This document shows positions 26,693 through 36,461 of a stretch of 64,000 bases of DNA, piece by piece (position 1 is the first letter of the stretch; the number at the start of each line of letters is the position of its first letter). Source of the DNA: Thermoproteota archaeon (GTDB taxonomy: Archaea > Korarchaeota > Korarchaeia > Korarchaeales > Korarchaeaceae); the NCBI GenBank assembly GCA_027492205.1, contig JAOZFN010000011.1, positions 1 through 64,000 of the forward strand, written 5' to 3'. A program made the translations under genes and the position numbers. The notes beneath the pieces were generated by a model. That model was given only the letters and a program-made list of their open reading frames with translations. It made no database searches and was not told where the DNA came from.

Positions 26693-28750
26693 TTGAGGGG
26701 CTGGCTCCTGGATGCCCGGGTGGACGGTGAGTCGCTGAGGCTGACCCTCCTGGACGAGTCCGGCGACCCGTCCATGGCGGAGGTGCCGGCTAGGGAGAGG
26801 CTCTACCTCACGCCGAGGTCCGTCGGCCTCGAGAGGCTCGCGGACTCCCTGTCCGAGCTAGAGGGCGTCCTCTCGGTCGGAGTGGAGCGGTGGCTCATGC
26901 CCCCGAGGTACAGGGAGGAGGCCGACGTCCTAGTCGTGGACTGCGGGCCGAGGGAGGCCCGCCTGATACTGAGGAGGGCTCAAGAGCTGGGCCTGGCGGA
27001 GGCGTGGAACAGGTTCCCATCCCTGATCCAGAGGGCGATCCGGGCCAGGGGGGCGACGGCGTGCTCCTGGGTCGAGGTGAGGGGCGGGGAGGTGAGGCCC
27101 CTGGAGGACCCCGGCTCCGTTCCATACGAGGTCCCTGAGCTCAGGGCCGTGAGGGTGTCCTTCCTGGGGTGGGCCGGCGCGCCGAACGCTCCCTCCTGGG
27201 AGACGGTGGATCGGGTTAGGCTCTCCCCTCTCCGGGGGGAGCCGATCGAGCTATCGGTAGAGAGGGCCAGGTTCGGAGAGCTGGCGGACGCCATAAAGTC
27301 GCTCCTCCCACAAGTGGTCGCGTTCGACTCGCCGGGCTGGGCCGAGCTGGCCCTGAGGGTCCCGGGGGTGGCCAGGGGGCTGGAGGCCGCCGGCGCGGTC
27401 GTCCTGCGCAGGCCCCCTCCCCTGGGGATCGACCTCTGGGGGGCCGTGGAGTGGTCCCGCCTCTCCGCCCTCCCGCTGAGCCGGGTGGTCGACGCCACCA
27501 TCGGCCAGGTGCTCACCAGCGCGGAGGCCTTCGAGGCCCTCCGCAGGGGGTACCTGATACCGGAGGTGAGGAGGTTCGTTGAGTCTTGGAAGAGCCCCTC
27601 CCGGCTGCTGGCCGCCGACAGGGGCGGGCTCGTGCTCACCCCCAGGCCCGGGGTCTACTGGGACGTCTACCAGCTCGACTTCAACTCACTCTACCCCTCC
27701 ATAATCGCCAGGGAGAACGTGAGCCCCGAGACGGTGAACGACCCCTCGTGCCCCGGCCCCCGCAGGGAGGTCCCGGAGGTCGGCCACTTGATATGCCTCG
27801 ACAGGAGGGGGCTCGTCTCAGAGGCCGTCGGGAGGCTCGTGGAGAGGAGGGCCAGGCTGAGGGAGCTGGCCCGGCTCGGGGGTGCGGACGCCGAGAGGTA
27901 CGAGTCCGCCCAGGCTGCGGTCAAGTGGGTGCTCGTGGCGTGCTTCGGCTACCTGGGGTACAGGAACGCCAGGTTCGGGAGCATAGAGGCCTACGAGTGC
28001 GTCACCGCCCTGGCGAGGGACGTCGCCAGGAGGGCCGTCAGGGCCGCCGAGGGGGCTGGCTACAGGGTGCTCCACGTGTTGGTTGACTCCCTGTTCGTCC
28101 AGCCCACCCCCGAGGCCGGCAGCGTCGAAGAGCTCGTTCGCATCGTGGAGCGGGAGACCGGATACGGCCTGAAGGTGGAGGCCGAGTACGAGTGGGTCGC
28201 CTTCTTCTCGGGCGTCACGACGGGCGAGGGGGTGCCCTCCAGGTACCTGGGGAGGCTCACGTCTGGAGGGACTGAGTGGGGCGCGTTCAAGGTGAAGGGG
28301 CTGGAGTTCGCCAGGAGGGACGCGCCGCAGGTGGTCCGGAAGGCGGCGATGGAGGCCCTGTCCGAGCTGGAGCGGGCCGAGTCCCCCGGGGAACTCGAGG
28401 GGGCGTCGATCAGGGCCGTCGAAGTCTTCGGGGCCTGGGCCCGGAGGCTGGCTCGGGGCGAGGTGGACCTCGCCGACCTCGTCGTGGAGAGGAGGCTGTC
28501 CAGAGATCCAAGATGGTATGAGAGGTCCCCGTCCCACGTCGTGGCGGCTCGGGGGCTCAGACCCGGAAAGGGGTCGGCGGGGGCCGTCAGGTACGTGGAG
28601 GCCAAGACCCCCTACCCGGTCGACCTGGGCCCCGGGGGCTACTCGGTGGAGAGGTACCTCGCGTGGCTCGACAGGGCGGCCAGGCCGTTCAGGGCCCTGG
28701 CGAGGCTAACTCGCTCAGAGCGGCCAGGTCGCCGGTTGATTATTAATTGA
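26693..28750 (+). CDS. polB2: Family B DNA polymerase, PolB2 (Dpo2) type
   Basis: MRGWLLDA start, DRGG, motif A DFNSLYPSII, motif B KWVLVACFGYLG, altered motif C HVLVDS, KVKGLE..RRD; degenerate exonuclease domain. Confidence 0.92.
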   Translation: MRGWLLDARVDGESLRLTLLDESGDPSMAEVPARERLYLTPRSVGLERLADSLSELEGVLSVGVERWLMPPRYREEADVLVVDCGPREARLILRRAQELGLAEAWNRFPSLIQRAIRARGATACSWVEVRGGEVRPLEDPGSVPYEVPELRAVRVSFLGWAGAPNAPSWETVDRVRLSPLRGEPIELSVERARFGELADAIKSLLPQVVAFDSPGWAELALRVPGVARGLEAAGAVVLRRPPPLGIDLWGAVEWSRLSALPLSRVVDATIGQVLTSAEAFEALRRGYLIPEVRRFVESWKSPSRLLAADRGGLVLTPRPGVYWDVYQLDFNSLYPSIIARENVSPETVNDPSCPGPRREVPEVGHLICLDRRGLVSEAVGRLVERRARLRELARLGGADAERYESAQAAVKWVLVACFGYLGYRNARFGSIEAYECVTALARDVARRAVRAAEGAGYRVLHVLVDSLFVQPTPEAGSVEELVRIVERETGYGLKVEAEYEWVAFFSGVTTGEGVPSRYLGRLTSGGTEWGAFKVKGLEFARRDAPQVVRKAAMEALSELERAESPGELEGASIRAVEVFGAWARRLARGEVDLADLVVERRLSRDPRWYERSPSHVVAARGLRPGKGSAGAVRYVEAKTPYPVDLGPGGYSVERYLAWLDRAARPFRALARLTRSERPGRRLIIN

Positions 28751-28822
28751 TATATCGAAATTGGTAATGATAATGATAATCTTTAATTAACCGGGTGCCC
28801 GGAATCGCGGGGGCGAGACCGC

Positions 28823-29035
28823 GTGGGGGTCACCACGATAAGCGTCAGGCCGGAGACCAAAAGGCTGCTCGCCTCGCTGAAGGGTGACAAGTCCTGGGAC
28901 GAGTTTCTGCTGGAGCTTGCGGAGGAGCTGCGCAGGAGGAGGCTTGAGGGGGCCCTCAAGAAGCTTAGGCAGATCCCGATGGACGCTGAGTACGAGGAGG
29001 TGAGGCTGAGATTAGGCCTCAGAGGGTCCTCCTAG
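28823..29035 (+). CDS. vapB: VapB-type antitoxin
   Basis: TTISVRPETKRLLASLKGDKSWDEFL; AT-rich promoter with a TAATGA tandem at ~28766-28781. Confidence 0.85.
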   Translation: MGVTTISVRPETKRLLASLKGDKSWDEFLLELAEELRRRRLEGALKKLRQIPMDAEYEEVRLRLGLRGSS

Positions 29036-29382
29036 ACACGGACTTCCTGATCGAAGTGGACAGGGGGAGGGAGGAGCTCCCCGACGCACTGTGCCAGATC
29101 TCCATCGTGACGCTCTACGAGTTCGTCAGGGGGAAGGCTGATCCCACCCTGGCGAAGAGGCTGCTCGAGGAGATATTCGAGGTGGTTCCGCTGGACAACA
29201 GGGTGGTGTCCACGGCGACGGAGATCTGGAGAGACCTCAGGCGGTCGGGCGCCTCTCTGGACGACAGAGACCTACTCATCGGGGCCACGGCCATAGCGAA
29301 CGGAGTCCCCCTCCTCACGAGGAACGTCCGCCACTACGACAGGCTCAGAGAGTACGGGCTCAAGTTCTGGCGGGTGGAGTAA
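29011..29382 (+). CDS. vapC: VapC PIN-domain toxin (probable ATT start)
   Basis: RVLLDTDFLI lies upstream of the called GTG 29056; ISIVTLYE, DRDLLIGATA, LTRNVRHY. Confidence 0.9.
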   Translation: MRPQRVLLDTDFLIEVDRGREELPDALCQISIVTLYEFVRGKADPTLAKRLLEEIFEVVPLDNRVVSTATEIWRDLRRSGASLDDRDLLIGATAIANGVPLLTRNVRHYDRLREYGLKFWRVE

Positions 29383-29647
29383 CCCGAGACCGCTTGAGTT
29401 TGGCTCGGTGGGCAGGCGACTGGGCTGGTCGCCCTCCCTGCCCGGGGGCCCCTGACGGGTTGTCGGCATGGGCGCGGCACGGGAGGCGAGCCTACTCCAC
29501 CACTCGGCCCGAGACGCGCGGAGAGCGGACTGTCCCAGGGGACACCCTCCAGCGGGATGGGAGGCACGATCCTCAGACCCGTTCCGCCCCGTTTCACGCC
29601 GATCCTCTATATCCTCGCCGCCCCGCGAAGCTCTGGGGCGGACAGCC

Positions 29648-32038
29648 GTGAGGCGTCCAAAGCTCGAGCTCTGGCCCAGGGTCCACCCGCTCGACATCGT
29701 TCCCCTCGGACTGGTGGCGCTCCACGCCGCCCTTCTGCTCGTCAACAGGAACAAGCTTCCCTTCTCCTACGACACCCCCTATCACCTGCTGATCGGGAAG
29801 ATGTACTCCGACTTCGGGAGGGTGGTCCTCTGGGACTACTACGAGTACGCCCCCGTGGGCAGGCCCCAGCTCTACCCGCCCCTCCTCCACGTCGTCATCT
29901 GGTGGACCCACTCGCTCACCGGGCTGGACTTCGTCTCTGTCGGCAGGGTCATAGCCCTCGTCCAGTATCCGGCGTCGCTCCTCCTCTCCTGGGTCGCGGT
30001 CAGGAAGATGTTCGGCCCCGAGGTTGGCGCAGCGTATGCTGGCCTTCTGTCGGCCGACCCGAGGTTCTGGACCTGGCAGCTCACAGTCGCCCCGACGGCC
30101 ATGATCATGGCCCTCCTCATGCCCCTCATCTACCTCTTCTGGCGGAAGAAAACGGTCCCGGCGGTCCTACTGATGACGGCCTTCCTTTACTCTCACCTGG
30201 GCCTCCCGTACGTCGTCCTCCTCTCGCTGATCCTCGGGGGGCTGCTGTCCCTGCCGCTGGACTCCGGCTACGTCAGGGAGGCCCTGAAGGTCGGTGGGGT
30301 ATCGCTCCTCCTCTTCACGCCCTGGGCCCTCCACGTCCTGTCCAACAGCGAGGCGATCCAGGCCGGGAAGATGTCGACCGGCGGGAAGGTCCTGCTGGGG
30401 TTCTTGACGGTTGACCTCTTCGTGCTCCTCCTCCTGCCCCTGGGAATATACGCTGCCTACAGGGCCGGAGCGGGGGGCAGGATCCTCCTGGGGATCGGCG
30501 CCGCCTTCCTGGCGATCCTCCCCACTTACGGTATGAGGTACTTCCTCCACTCTCCGCCCGTCAACTGCGCCATCGCCGCCGTTGGATTCGGATGGCTGGT
30601 GGACATGATCCGCCACCGCCTGGACCGGAGGGCCCTCTTGGGAGTGGTGGCCGCGTTCGCCCTGACGTCCTCGGCGTTCGCCCCGACCGTCGCCGGACGG
30701 CGCGCGCTGGGGCCCATGTCCGGGGGGCCAACGCCCGTCGTCAGGGAGCTGACAGGCGGCATGGAGGAGGTGATACCACCTAACTGGAGGCTGTACAGCG
30801 TGACCAACCCCTGCGTGCGGGAGCTGGCCAGGTGGATAGATGAGAACCTGCCCGAGGGGGAGATAGTCCACGTGGGCATCGGCCCCCTGGCCGACTGCAT
30901 AACCCTGCTCTCCGGCAGGCTCACCGACGGGGGGATGTACAGGGAGGTCAGGACGGGGGAGATGCTCCGGGCCGTCGCAGAGGGCGGGAAGAGCGGCATC
31001 TTCGTCTCCCTGCGCAGGGACCTCCCGAGAGAGGCGAGGGGCAGGGACGTGACCGTCTTAGCGGAGATCGGTCCGTTCGTCGTGTTCTACGCGGCCCCAC
31101 CGGTTGGGGCCGTGAGCCTGGAGTCCCTGGGGGTTGGGCTGCTGGTGAGGCTTCGTCCGGGCTCAGATCCGGCGGAGTGGGTGAGCGCCCTCGAGGCGAT
31201 CAGGCCGGGCAGGCTGTCCATATCTCCGGCTCCCACCATCGGCGGAGTCCACTCGGCCGTAGAGCTCGCGAGGGAGGTCTCCGGGTTCGCCCGGGAGATC
31301 GAGGTGGTCTTGGTGGCCAGGGACCCGACCGTCGCACAGCTGGCCGAGCTGGTCTCCAGAGAGCTGGCGGGGGTCGTGAGGGCCGTGAGGATATCTGGGA
31401 CGGTCCCGACGCTGAGGTCCATCGACATCGAGTCCGCCGCCGGCGCGGTGAGGTCCGAGGGCGCGGAGTTCGGACTCGGGCTGATAGGCAGGGCCAGCCC
31501 GGGCGACCTCAAAGCGGCCCTCCAGGCGGCCGACTACGTCGTCATCCACGTCCCCCCGACCCCGGAGGTCGTTGAACCCCTCTCATTGGCCCGGGAGGCC
31601 GGCGGCGGGAGGATAGTCGTGCAGGTGGACCTGACCCTCGCCCCGCCCGACGCGCGCTCAAGGGCTTTGCAGGCGTTCCTGAGGGAACTCTCGGCCAAGA
31701 TGCCTGGGTGCACGGCGCTAATCGAGGTGGACGACCCCACGGCCCTGAAGGACGTCGACTGGGCCCTTGTCGGTGAGCCTCGCCAGCCCCGGGCGCTTCC
31801 CCCGAGCGCCCCGGCCGACGGGGGCGATCGGGTTATTACTTTCCCACCCCGGCGCTTGCCCGTGCTCATCCGAGGCGTGGAGGTACTTCACGTGGCCATG
31901 AGACTGGTGGAGCCCTTCGAGACGAGCCTCGGGGTCGAGAGCGTGCGGCACACCATCCTGATCAGGGTGGAGGAGAGGGGCGGCGAGGTGGGATGGGGCG
32001 AGGCGGGCCAGGCCCCGTTCAGAACGCCTCAACCCTGA
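29648..32038 (+). CDS. GT-C fold (STT3/PMT-like) membrane glycosyltransferase with C-terminal alpha/beta domain; tail reads into the duplicated menC fragment
   Basis: DTPYH, WD...APVGRP.LYPPLLH, ~12 TM segments. The last ~60 codons are the 5' end of the OSBS gene. Confidence 0.7.
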   Translation: MRRPKLELWPRVHPLDIVPLGLVALHAALLLVNRNKLPFSYDTPYHLLIGKMYSDFGRVVLWDYYEYAPVGRPQLYPPLLHVVIWWTHSLTGLDFVSVGRVIALVQYPASLLLSWVAVRKMFGPEVGAAYAGLLSADPRFWTWQLTVAPTAMIMALLMPLIYLFWRKKTVPAVLLMTAFLYSHLGLPYVVLLSLILGGLLSLPLDSGYVREALKVGGVSLLLFTPWALHVLSNSEAIQAGKMSTGGKVLLGFLTVDLFVLLLLPLGIYAAYRAGAGGRILLGIGAAFLAILPTYGMRYFLHSPPVNCAIAAVGFGWLVDMIRHRLDRRALLGVVAAFALTSSAFAPTVAGRRALGPMSGGPTPVVRELTGGMEEVIPPNWRLYSVTNPCVRELARWIDENLPEGEIVHVGIGPLADCITLLSGRLTDGGMYREVRTGEMLRAVAEGGKSGIFVSLRRDLPREARGRDVTVLAEIGPFVVFYAAPPVGAVSLESLGVGLLVRLRPGSDPAEWVSALEAIRPGRLSISPAPTIGGVHSAVELAREVSGFAREIEVVLVARDPTVAQLAELVSRELAGVVRAVRISGTVPTLRSIDIESAAGAVRSEGAEFGLGLIGRASPGDLKAALQAADYVVIHVPPTPEVVEPLSLAREAGGGRIVVQVDLTLAPPDARSRALQAFLRELSAKMPGCTALIEVDDPTALKDVDWALVGEPRQPRALPPSAPADGGDRVITFPPRRLPVLIRGVEVLHVAMRLVEPFETSLGVESVRHTILIRVEERGGEVGWGEAGQAPFRTPQP
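31825..32005 (+). repeat. 181-bp direct repeat, copy 1 (promoter + first 50 codons of menC)
   Basis: Identical by eye to 35309-35489. Confidence 0.95.
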
Positions 32039-32706
32039 CCCCCCTCGAATCGGCGTAGCCGGCGACGCCTCGCGGGATCAAGGCCCCCGGAGGGGGAAAT
32101 ATGATCTTCACCCCCCTTCAGGGACCAGACTTCGTCCGGCAGGTCGTCCACGTCCCACCTGCTCGGCCTTACCTTCGCGTCAACGCGAAGGTCTCCCCGT
32201 CCACCCGGCGACCCCCCGAGGCCCCCCGTCCCCCTCCAGGGGGGGTTCCATGGGCCCTTCCTCAGGGAGACATTGCTCAATTCCCTCGTATCCCCCCTTT
32301 CAAGCCAACTTCGTCGGATCCCGGTTAGAAAAGTTGCATTTGCGTGCAGTCCCGGGGGGCGGGTAGGCTGACGCTTCTGATGAGAAGTCTCTTCCGGCGA
32401 TCATGGAGCCAAGGTCGCTCTGCTCAGCCTAAATTTCACGGCGGACGCCGCCGAGGTTCCTGGAGATCGCTAGAGACTCCGCAATCGGACGATCTCCAGA
32501 GCCGCCTCTCCAGGCCCACGGCCGGAGGGGCCTCCCTGTGGGACATGCTGGGATCGCCGGTCGATTATCTGAGTGGGAGTTCGACGGGCCGACCCCCCGG
32601 CGGCTGAGCCCACGGGGAGGCCCGAGAATGCAGGGATGCCGACGTGCCAACCCCAACTTTATTAGGGAATCTCTGGACGCACCCCCCCAGCTGGGTGAGT
32701 CCTCGG

Positions 32707-34824
32707 TTGTCTCTTAACAAACCTATCCTGGCCTTTTTCCTGGTTATCGGCCTCCTCCTGTCTCTATTCCTCACGTCGTCCAGTGCCCAACCCAGAGAAC
32801 TCGAGTGGAATCACGTCTGGGGCGGATCCGAACTCGACGTAGCCAGGGCCGTCACTATGGCCCCGGACGGCACGGTCCTCATTGCTGGCGGGACTGAAAG
32901 CTTCGGCCCGCCCGGAGGTGGGGATGGGGACGCCTTCGTCGCCACCTTCAGCTGGGCCACCGGCCACTACACCGGAGGTGGAACCTGGGGGGGTCCGGGC
33001 TACGAGTATGCTTGGGGTGTAGCGACCCCCTGGAACACGTTCAGCAACTTCTACCTGTCGGGCAACACGAACAGCTTCGGCTCCACATATGACGCCTTCC
33101 TCGCGAGATTCGGCTCGGATGGGGCTCACTTCTGGAGCAAGACCTGGGACGGCGGCGACTACGACGGCTCTTGGGACGTCGCCGTCGACCCCAACGGGTA
33201 CATCTACATAGTCGGAGAGACCCACGGCCTCGGGGAGGGATTCGCCGACGCGTTCCTGGCCAAGTTCAGCGAGAGCGGAGCTCATATATGGAGCAGGACC
33301 TGGGGAGGGGTCAGCTACGATTCCGCCAACGCAGTCACCACCGACGCGAGCGGGAACGTCTACGTGGTCGGGTCCACGGGGAGCTTCAACCCGGAGGGGA
33401 AACTCGATGTCTTCGTCCTCAAGTTCAGCTCATCCGGGGGCCTGCTCTGGTCGCTGGTGTGGGGGCTCGAGATGGACGACACCGCCTGGGACGTGGAGTG
33501 GTATGACGGCGTAGTCTACGTGTCCGGGTTCATGAAAAGGCTCCACGGCTATCCCTCGGGGTCCGTCACCGATGACTCCTTTGTGATAGCCCTAGACGAC
33601 TCGAATGGGAACGTCCTCTGGGCCAGGGGGCTGACCGGGGCGGATAGAGGCGTGGGCTCCTCAAGGAGCTTCGCGGTATCTGTCGACGAAGGAGGGGTGG
33701 CCGTCGTGACCCAAGAGTCTAGTGGCCTCAGTCACGTCTACGTGTTCGACAGGCCCTCGGGCCGCCTCCTCTGGGCCAGGAGCATAATACCCGGGCTGGG
33801 GACCAACATATACGCGAGAGCGTACGCCGCCACCTTCAAGTACGGGAAGATCGTGGTCGCGGGCACGGCAAACACGGAATCACAGTATATTTGGCCAGCC
33901 TATCTGTCGCTCTCCTGGCTCAGCGGTGACGTCCAGAGGAGCGTGGGCGCCGTGCACGACGTCACCTCCCAGGTGACGGTCCAGGACGTGACGTCTCAGG
34001 TCACCCTCGGAGATCCCCCCAACCCCGTGGACAGCGGGGGAGAGGAGGCAGGGGGCGCCTTCATCATGTCCATCGACTCCTGGACGGCCGAGGAAGCGCT
34101 GGCCAACGTGGACGCCTGGGCCGACTGGACCGGGACCGATGCCTACAAGCAGGTCGCCGTGGTCGTCGGGGCCCCGGTGAACAGGCCCGACAAGGTCGAG
34201 GGACCCTACAAGCAGTGCAGGACCACGGCGGTGGCTGGCGCCATGTCGATAGCCGGGGCCCTGGGCGCCAGGGATAGCTTCTTGGACGACGAGGCGGTGG
34301 AGTACGACCCTGCGGCCGACGAGGTGAACTGGATCGGGGACTTCGTCGACCACTACGGGAGGGTCGCGGCCGTGGGCGGGCCGATAGTCCACATGATCGT
34401 GGACAAGTACATGGACCAGTCAGTGTTCCCGTTCTCCTCGGTGACTGAGGGCGGGCACGAGCTGTACCAGATTACGGTGAACGAGAACGGCATAGCAAGG
34501 GTGTACCTGAACCGCACAGACAAGTACATGTACATAGAGTACGAGGACGGGAGCCTGGACAAGGTCGGCAAGGTGGGGGAGGCGGACTTCGCGGTCGTGG
34601 AGATGTTCCACGACTCGGACGCGGAAAAGTGGGTTCTCACAGGCTACGGGATAACGAAGTACGGGTCCCTGGCGTCGGGCAGGTGGCTCGGATCGATAGT
34701 CGGGTTTACCTACTTCTACACCTTTGACGCGAAGGCCGTCGTCCTCCTCTGGGAGGACAGCAACGGAGACGGGATGGTCCAGTCCGCGGAGGTCAACGTC
34801 CTGGCCCGGGGCTACGGACCCTGA
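32707..34824 (+). CDS. Secreted beta-propeller (SBBP-like repeat) surface protein with S-layer-like C-terminal domain
   Basis: Signal peptide; repeats W.KTWGG..D....VA.D..G.IY..G.T...DAFLAKF; C-terminal VGGPIVH, DFAVVE, WEDSNGDG. Confidence 0.85.
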   Translation: MSLNKPILAFFLVIGLLLSLFLTSSSAQPRELEWNHVWGGSELDVARAVTMAPDGTVLIAGGTESFGPPGGGDGDAFVATFSWATGHYTGGGTWGGPGYEYAWGVATPWNTFSNFYLSGNTNSFGSTYDAFLARFGSDGAHFWSKTWDGGDYDGSWDVAVDPNGYIYIVGETHGLGEGFADAFLAKFSESGAHIWSRTWGGVSYDSANAVTTDASGNVYVVGSTGSFNPEGKLDVFVLKFSSSGGLLWSLVWGLEMDDTAWDVEWYDGVVYVSGFMKRLHGYPSGSVTDDSFVIALDDSNGNVLWARGLTGADRGVGSSRSFAVSVDEGGVAVVTQESSGLSHVYVFDRPSGRLLWARSIIPGLGTNIYARAYAATFKYGKIVVAGTANTESQYIWPAYLSLSWLSGDVQRSVGAVHDVTSQVTVQDVTSQVTLGDPPNPVDSGGEEAGGAFIMSIDSWTAEEALANVDAWADWTGTDAYKQVAVVVGAPVNRPDKVEGPYKQCRTTAVAGAMSIAGALGARDSFLDDEAVEYDPAADEVNWIGDFVDHYGRVAAVGGPIVHMIVDKYMDQSVFPFSSVTEGGHELYQITVNENGIARVYLNRTDKYMYIEYEDGSLDKVGKVGEADFAVVEMFHDSDAEKWVLTGYGITKYGSLASGRWLGSIVGFTYFYTFDAKAVVLLWEDSNGDGMVQSAEVNVLARGYGP

Positions 34825-35308
34825 GCCGGGACGGCCCCTCACTTTTTCGGTGGCCTGCGCGGGCGCGAGACTCGCCGCCCAGCCTCAGGCGACGATCCAG
34901 AACGGGCCGCCGGGCGCGGGTGACCCATGCTGCCCTCGTCGACCGCGGGGGGCGTCTCTAGACCCCTCGTGACCCCTGCCTCGGGGGCTGCAACCACGCG
35001 ACTGGTCGGTGCGGAGGGTACACGGCCGGGGGATTCGCGCCCACATTCGGGGATGCGGGCGCAGGATGGGGAAGCGTGCGCGCTTGTTCTGGGCCGGCCC
35101 ACCCTGCCGGCCGCGGGCGCGGGGTGTGCGGGAGCGCCCGGGACTGCCGGGTCGGGTAGGCTCTCCGCATCTCGTCCCCGGTGTGGGCGTGTTAACGGTT
35201 GTCTGCGGGGTTCACAGGGGCGGTCTCCTAGTTCGCTCTGAACAACGTCAGAAGAGCCCTGTCGCGTCGACCCTGCGGCCCCCCGCACACCCGAGCACAG
35301 GCCCCGGT

Positions 35309-35489
35309 CGATCGGGTTATTACTTTCCCACCCCGGCGCTTGCCCGTGCTCATCCGAGGCGTGGAGGTACTTCACGTGGCCATGAGACTGGTGGAGCCCT
35401 TCGAGACGAGCCTCGGGGTCGAGAGCGTGCGGCACACCATCCTGATCAGGGTGGAGGAGAGGGGCGGCGAGGTGGGATGGGGCGAGGCG
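35309..35489 (+). repeat. 181-bp direct repeat, copy 2
   Basis: Identical by eye to 31825-32005. Confidence 0.95.
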
Positions 35490-36461
35490 CCGGTGTCCGT
35501 CGGTCCGTGGTACAGCCCCGAGACTGTGTCCACGGCGTGGCACGTATTGAGGGACTTCCTGATCCCCCCCGTCGTTGGCTCGGAGGTCGATGGGCCGGAG
35601 GACTTCCTCGAGAGGATCTCTAGGGTGAGGGGGCACAGGATGGCGAGGGCCGGGCTAGAGTTCGCTCTCTGGGATCTGAAGGCCAAGCTCGAGGGTAAGT
35701 CCCTGAGCGATGTGATAGGGGGTACCAAGGAGAGGGTTCAGGTGGGCGTCAGCGTGGGCATCCAGCCAGGGGTAGAGGAGACCCTAAGGGTGGTGGAATC
35801 CTACCTCGATAAGGGCTACAGGCGGGTGAAGCTTAAGATAAGGCCTGGGTGGGATAGGCAGCCCGCTCAGGCCGTCAGGGAGGCGCATCCCGAACTGAAG
35901 CTAATGGTGGATGCAAACGGCGCCTACACGCTCGCCGGCATCGAGAGGCTGAGGGCCCTGGACGACCTGGGCCTCATGATGATCGAGCAGCCCCTGAGAC
36001 CCAGGAACCTACTGGCTCACGCCGGGCTGGCAAGGCACCTCGAGACCCCCCTCTGCCTTGACGAGAGCGTGGAGAGCGTCGACGACGCGGTTGAGGCCCT
36101 CCAGCTGGACTCGGCCCTTGTACTGAACCTCAAGCCCGCCAGGGTTGGGGGGCTGCTGGAGTCGCTGAGGATACACGACCTGTGGGCCGCCTCCGCCGGG
36201 AGACCACTCTGGATTGGGGGTCTGCTCGAGACCGGGATAGGCAGGGCGTTCTTGGTCGCCGCCGCCTCCCTCCCGGGCGTGACGATGCCCTCGGACATAT
36301 CGGCCAGCGACAGGTACTACGAGGAGGACCTGGTGGAGCCGCCATGGACCCTCAACGAGGACGGGACGCTGAGCGTGCCCAGAGGGCCGGGCATAGGGGT
36401 GGAAGTCCTGGATGACAGGGTGGAGAAGTACACCGTGAGGAGGGATGAGATACGGGTGTGA
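35340..36461 (+). CDS. menC: o-succinylbenzoate synthase / N-acylamino acid racemase (enolase superfamily)
   Basis: PFETSLG, GWGE, KLK, VDAN, IEQP, LDES, NLKP.RVGG, PSDIS.S.RYY. Confidence 0.92.
   Translation: MPVLIRGVEVLHVAMRLVEPFETSLGVESVRHTILIRVEERGGEVGWGEAPVSVGPWYSPETVSTAWHVLRDFLIPPVVGSEVDGPEDFLERISRVRGHRMARAGLEFALWDLKAKLEGKSLSDVIGGTKERVQVGVSVGIQPGVEETLRVVESYLDKGYRRVKLKIRPGWDRQPAQAVREAHPELKLMVDANGAYTLAGIERLRALDDLGLMMIEQPLRPRNLLAHAGLARHLETPLCLDESVESVDDAVEALQLDSALVLNLKPARVGGLLESLRIHDLWAASAGRPLWIGGLLETGIGRAFLVAAASLPGVTMPSDISASDRYYEEDLVEPPWTLNEDGTLSVPRGPGIGVEVLDDRVEKYTVRRDEIRV

Noticed and set aside
26693-28750. PolB as a casposon or viral polymerase
   Set aside because: Motifs and the RadA-like/arCOG07300 neighbours fit cellular PolB2; no Cas1, terminal inverted repeats or protein-priming features seen.
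32040-32700. Short ORFs or an RNA gene in the 660-bp gap
   Set aside because: No recognisable protein motif, tRNA cloverleaf, or SRP/RNase P signature.
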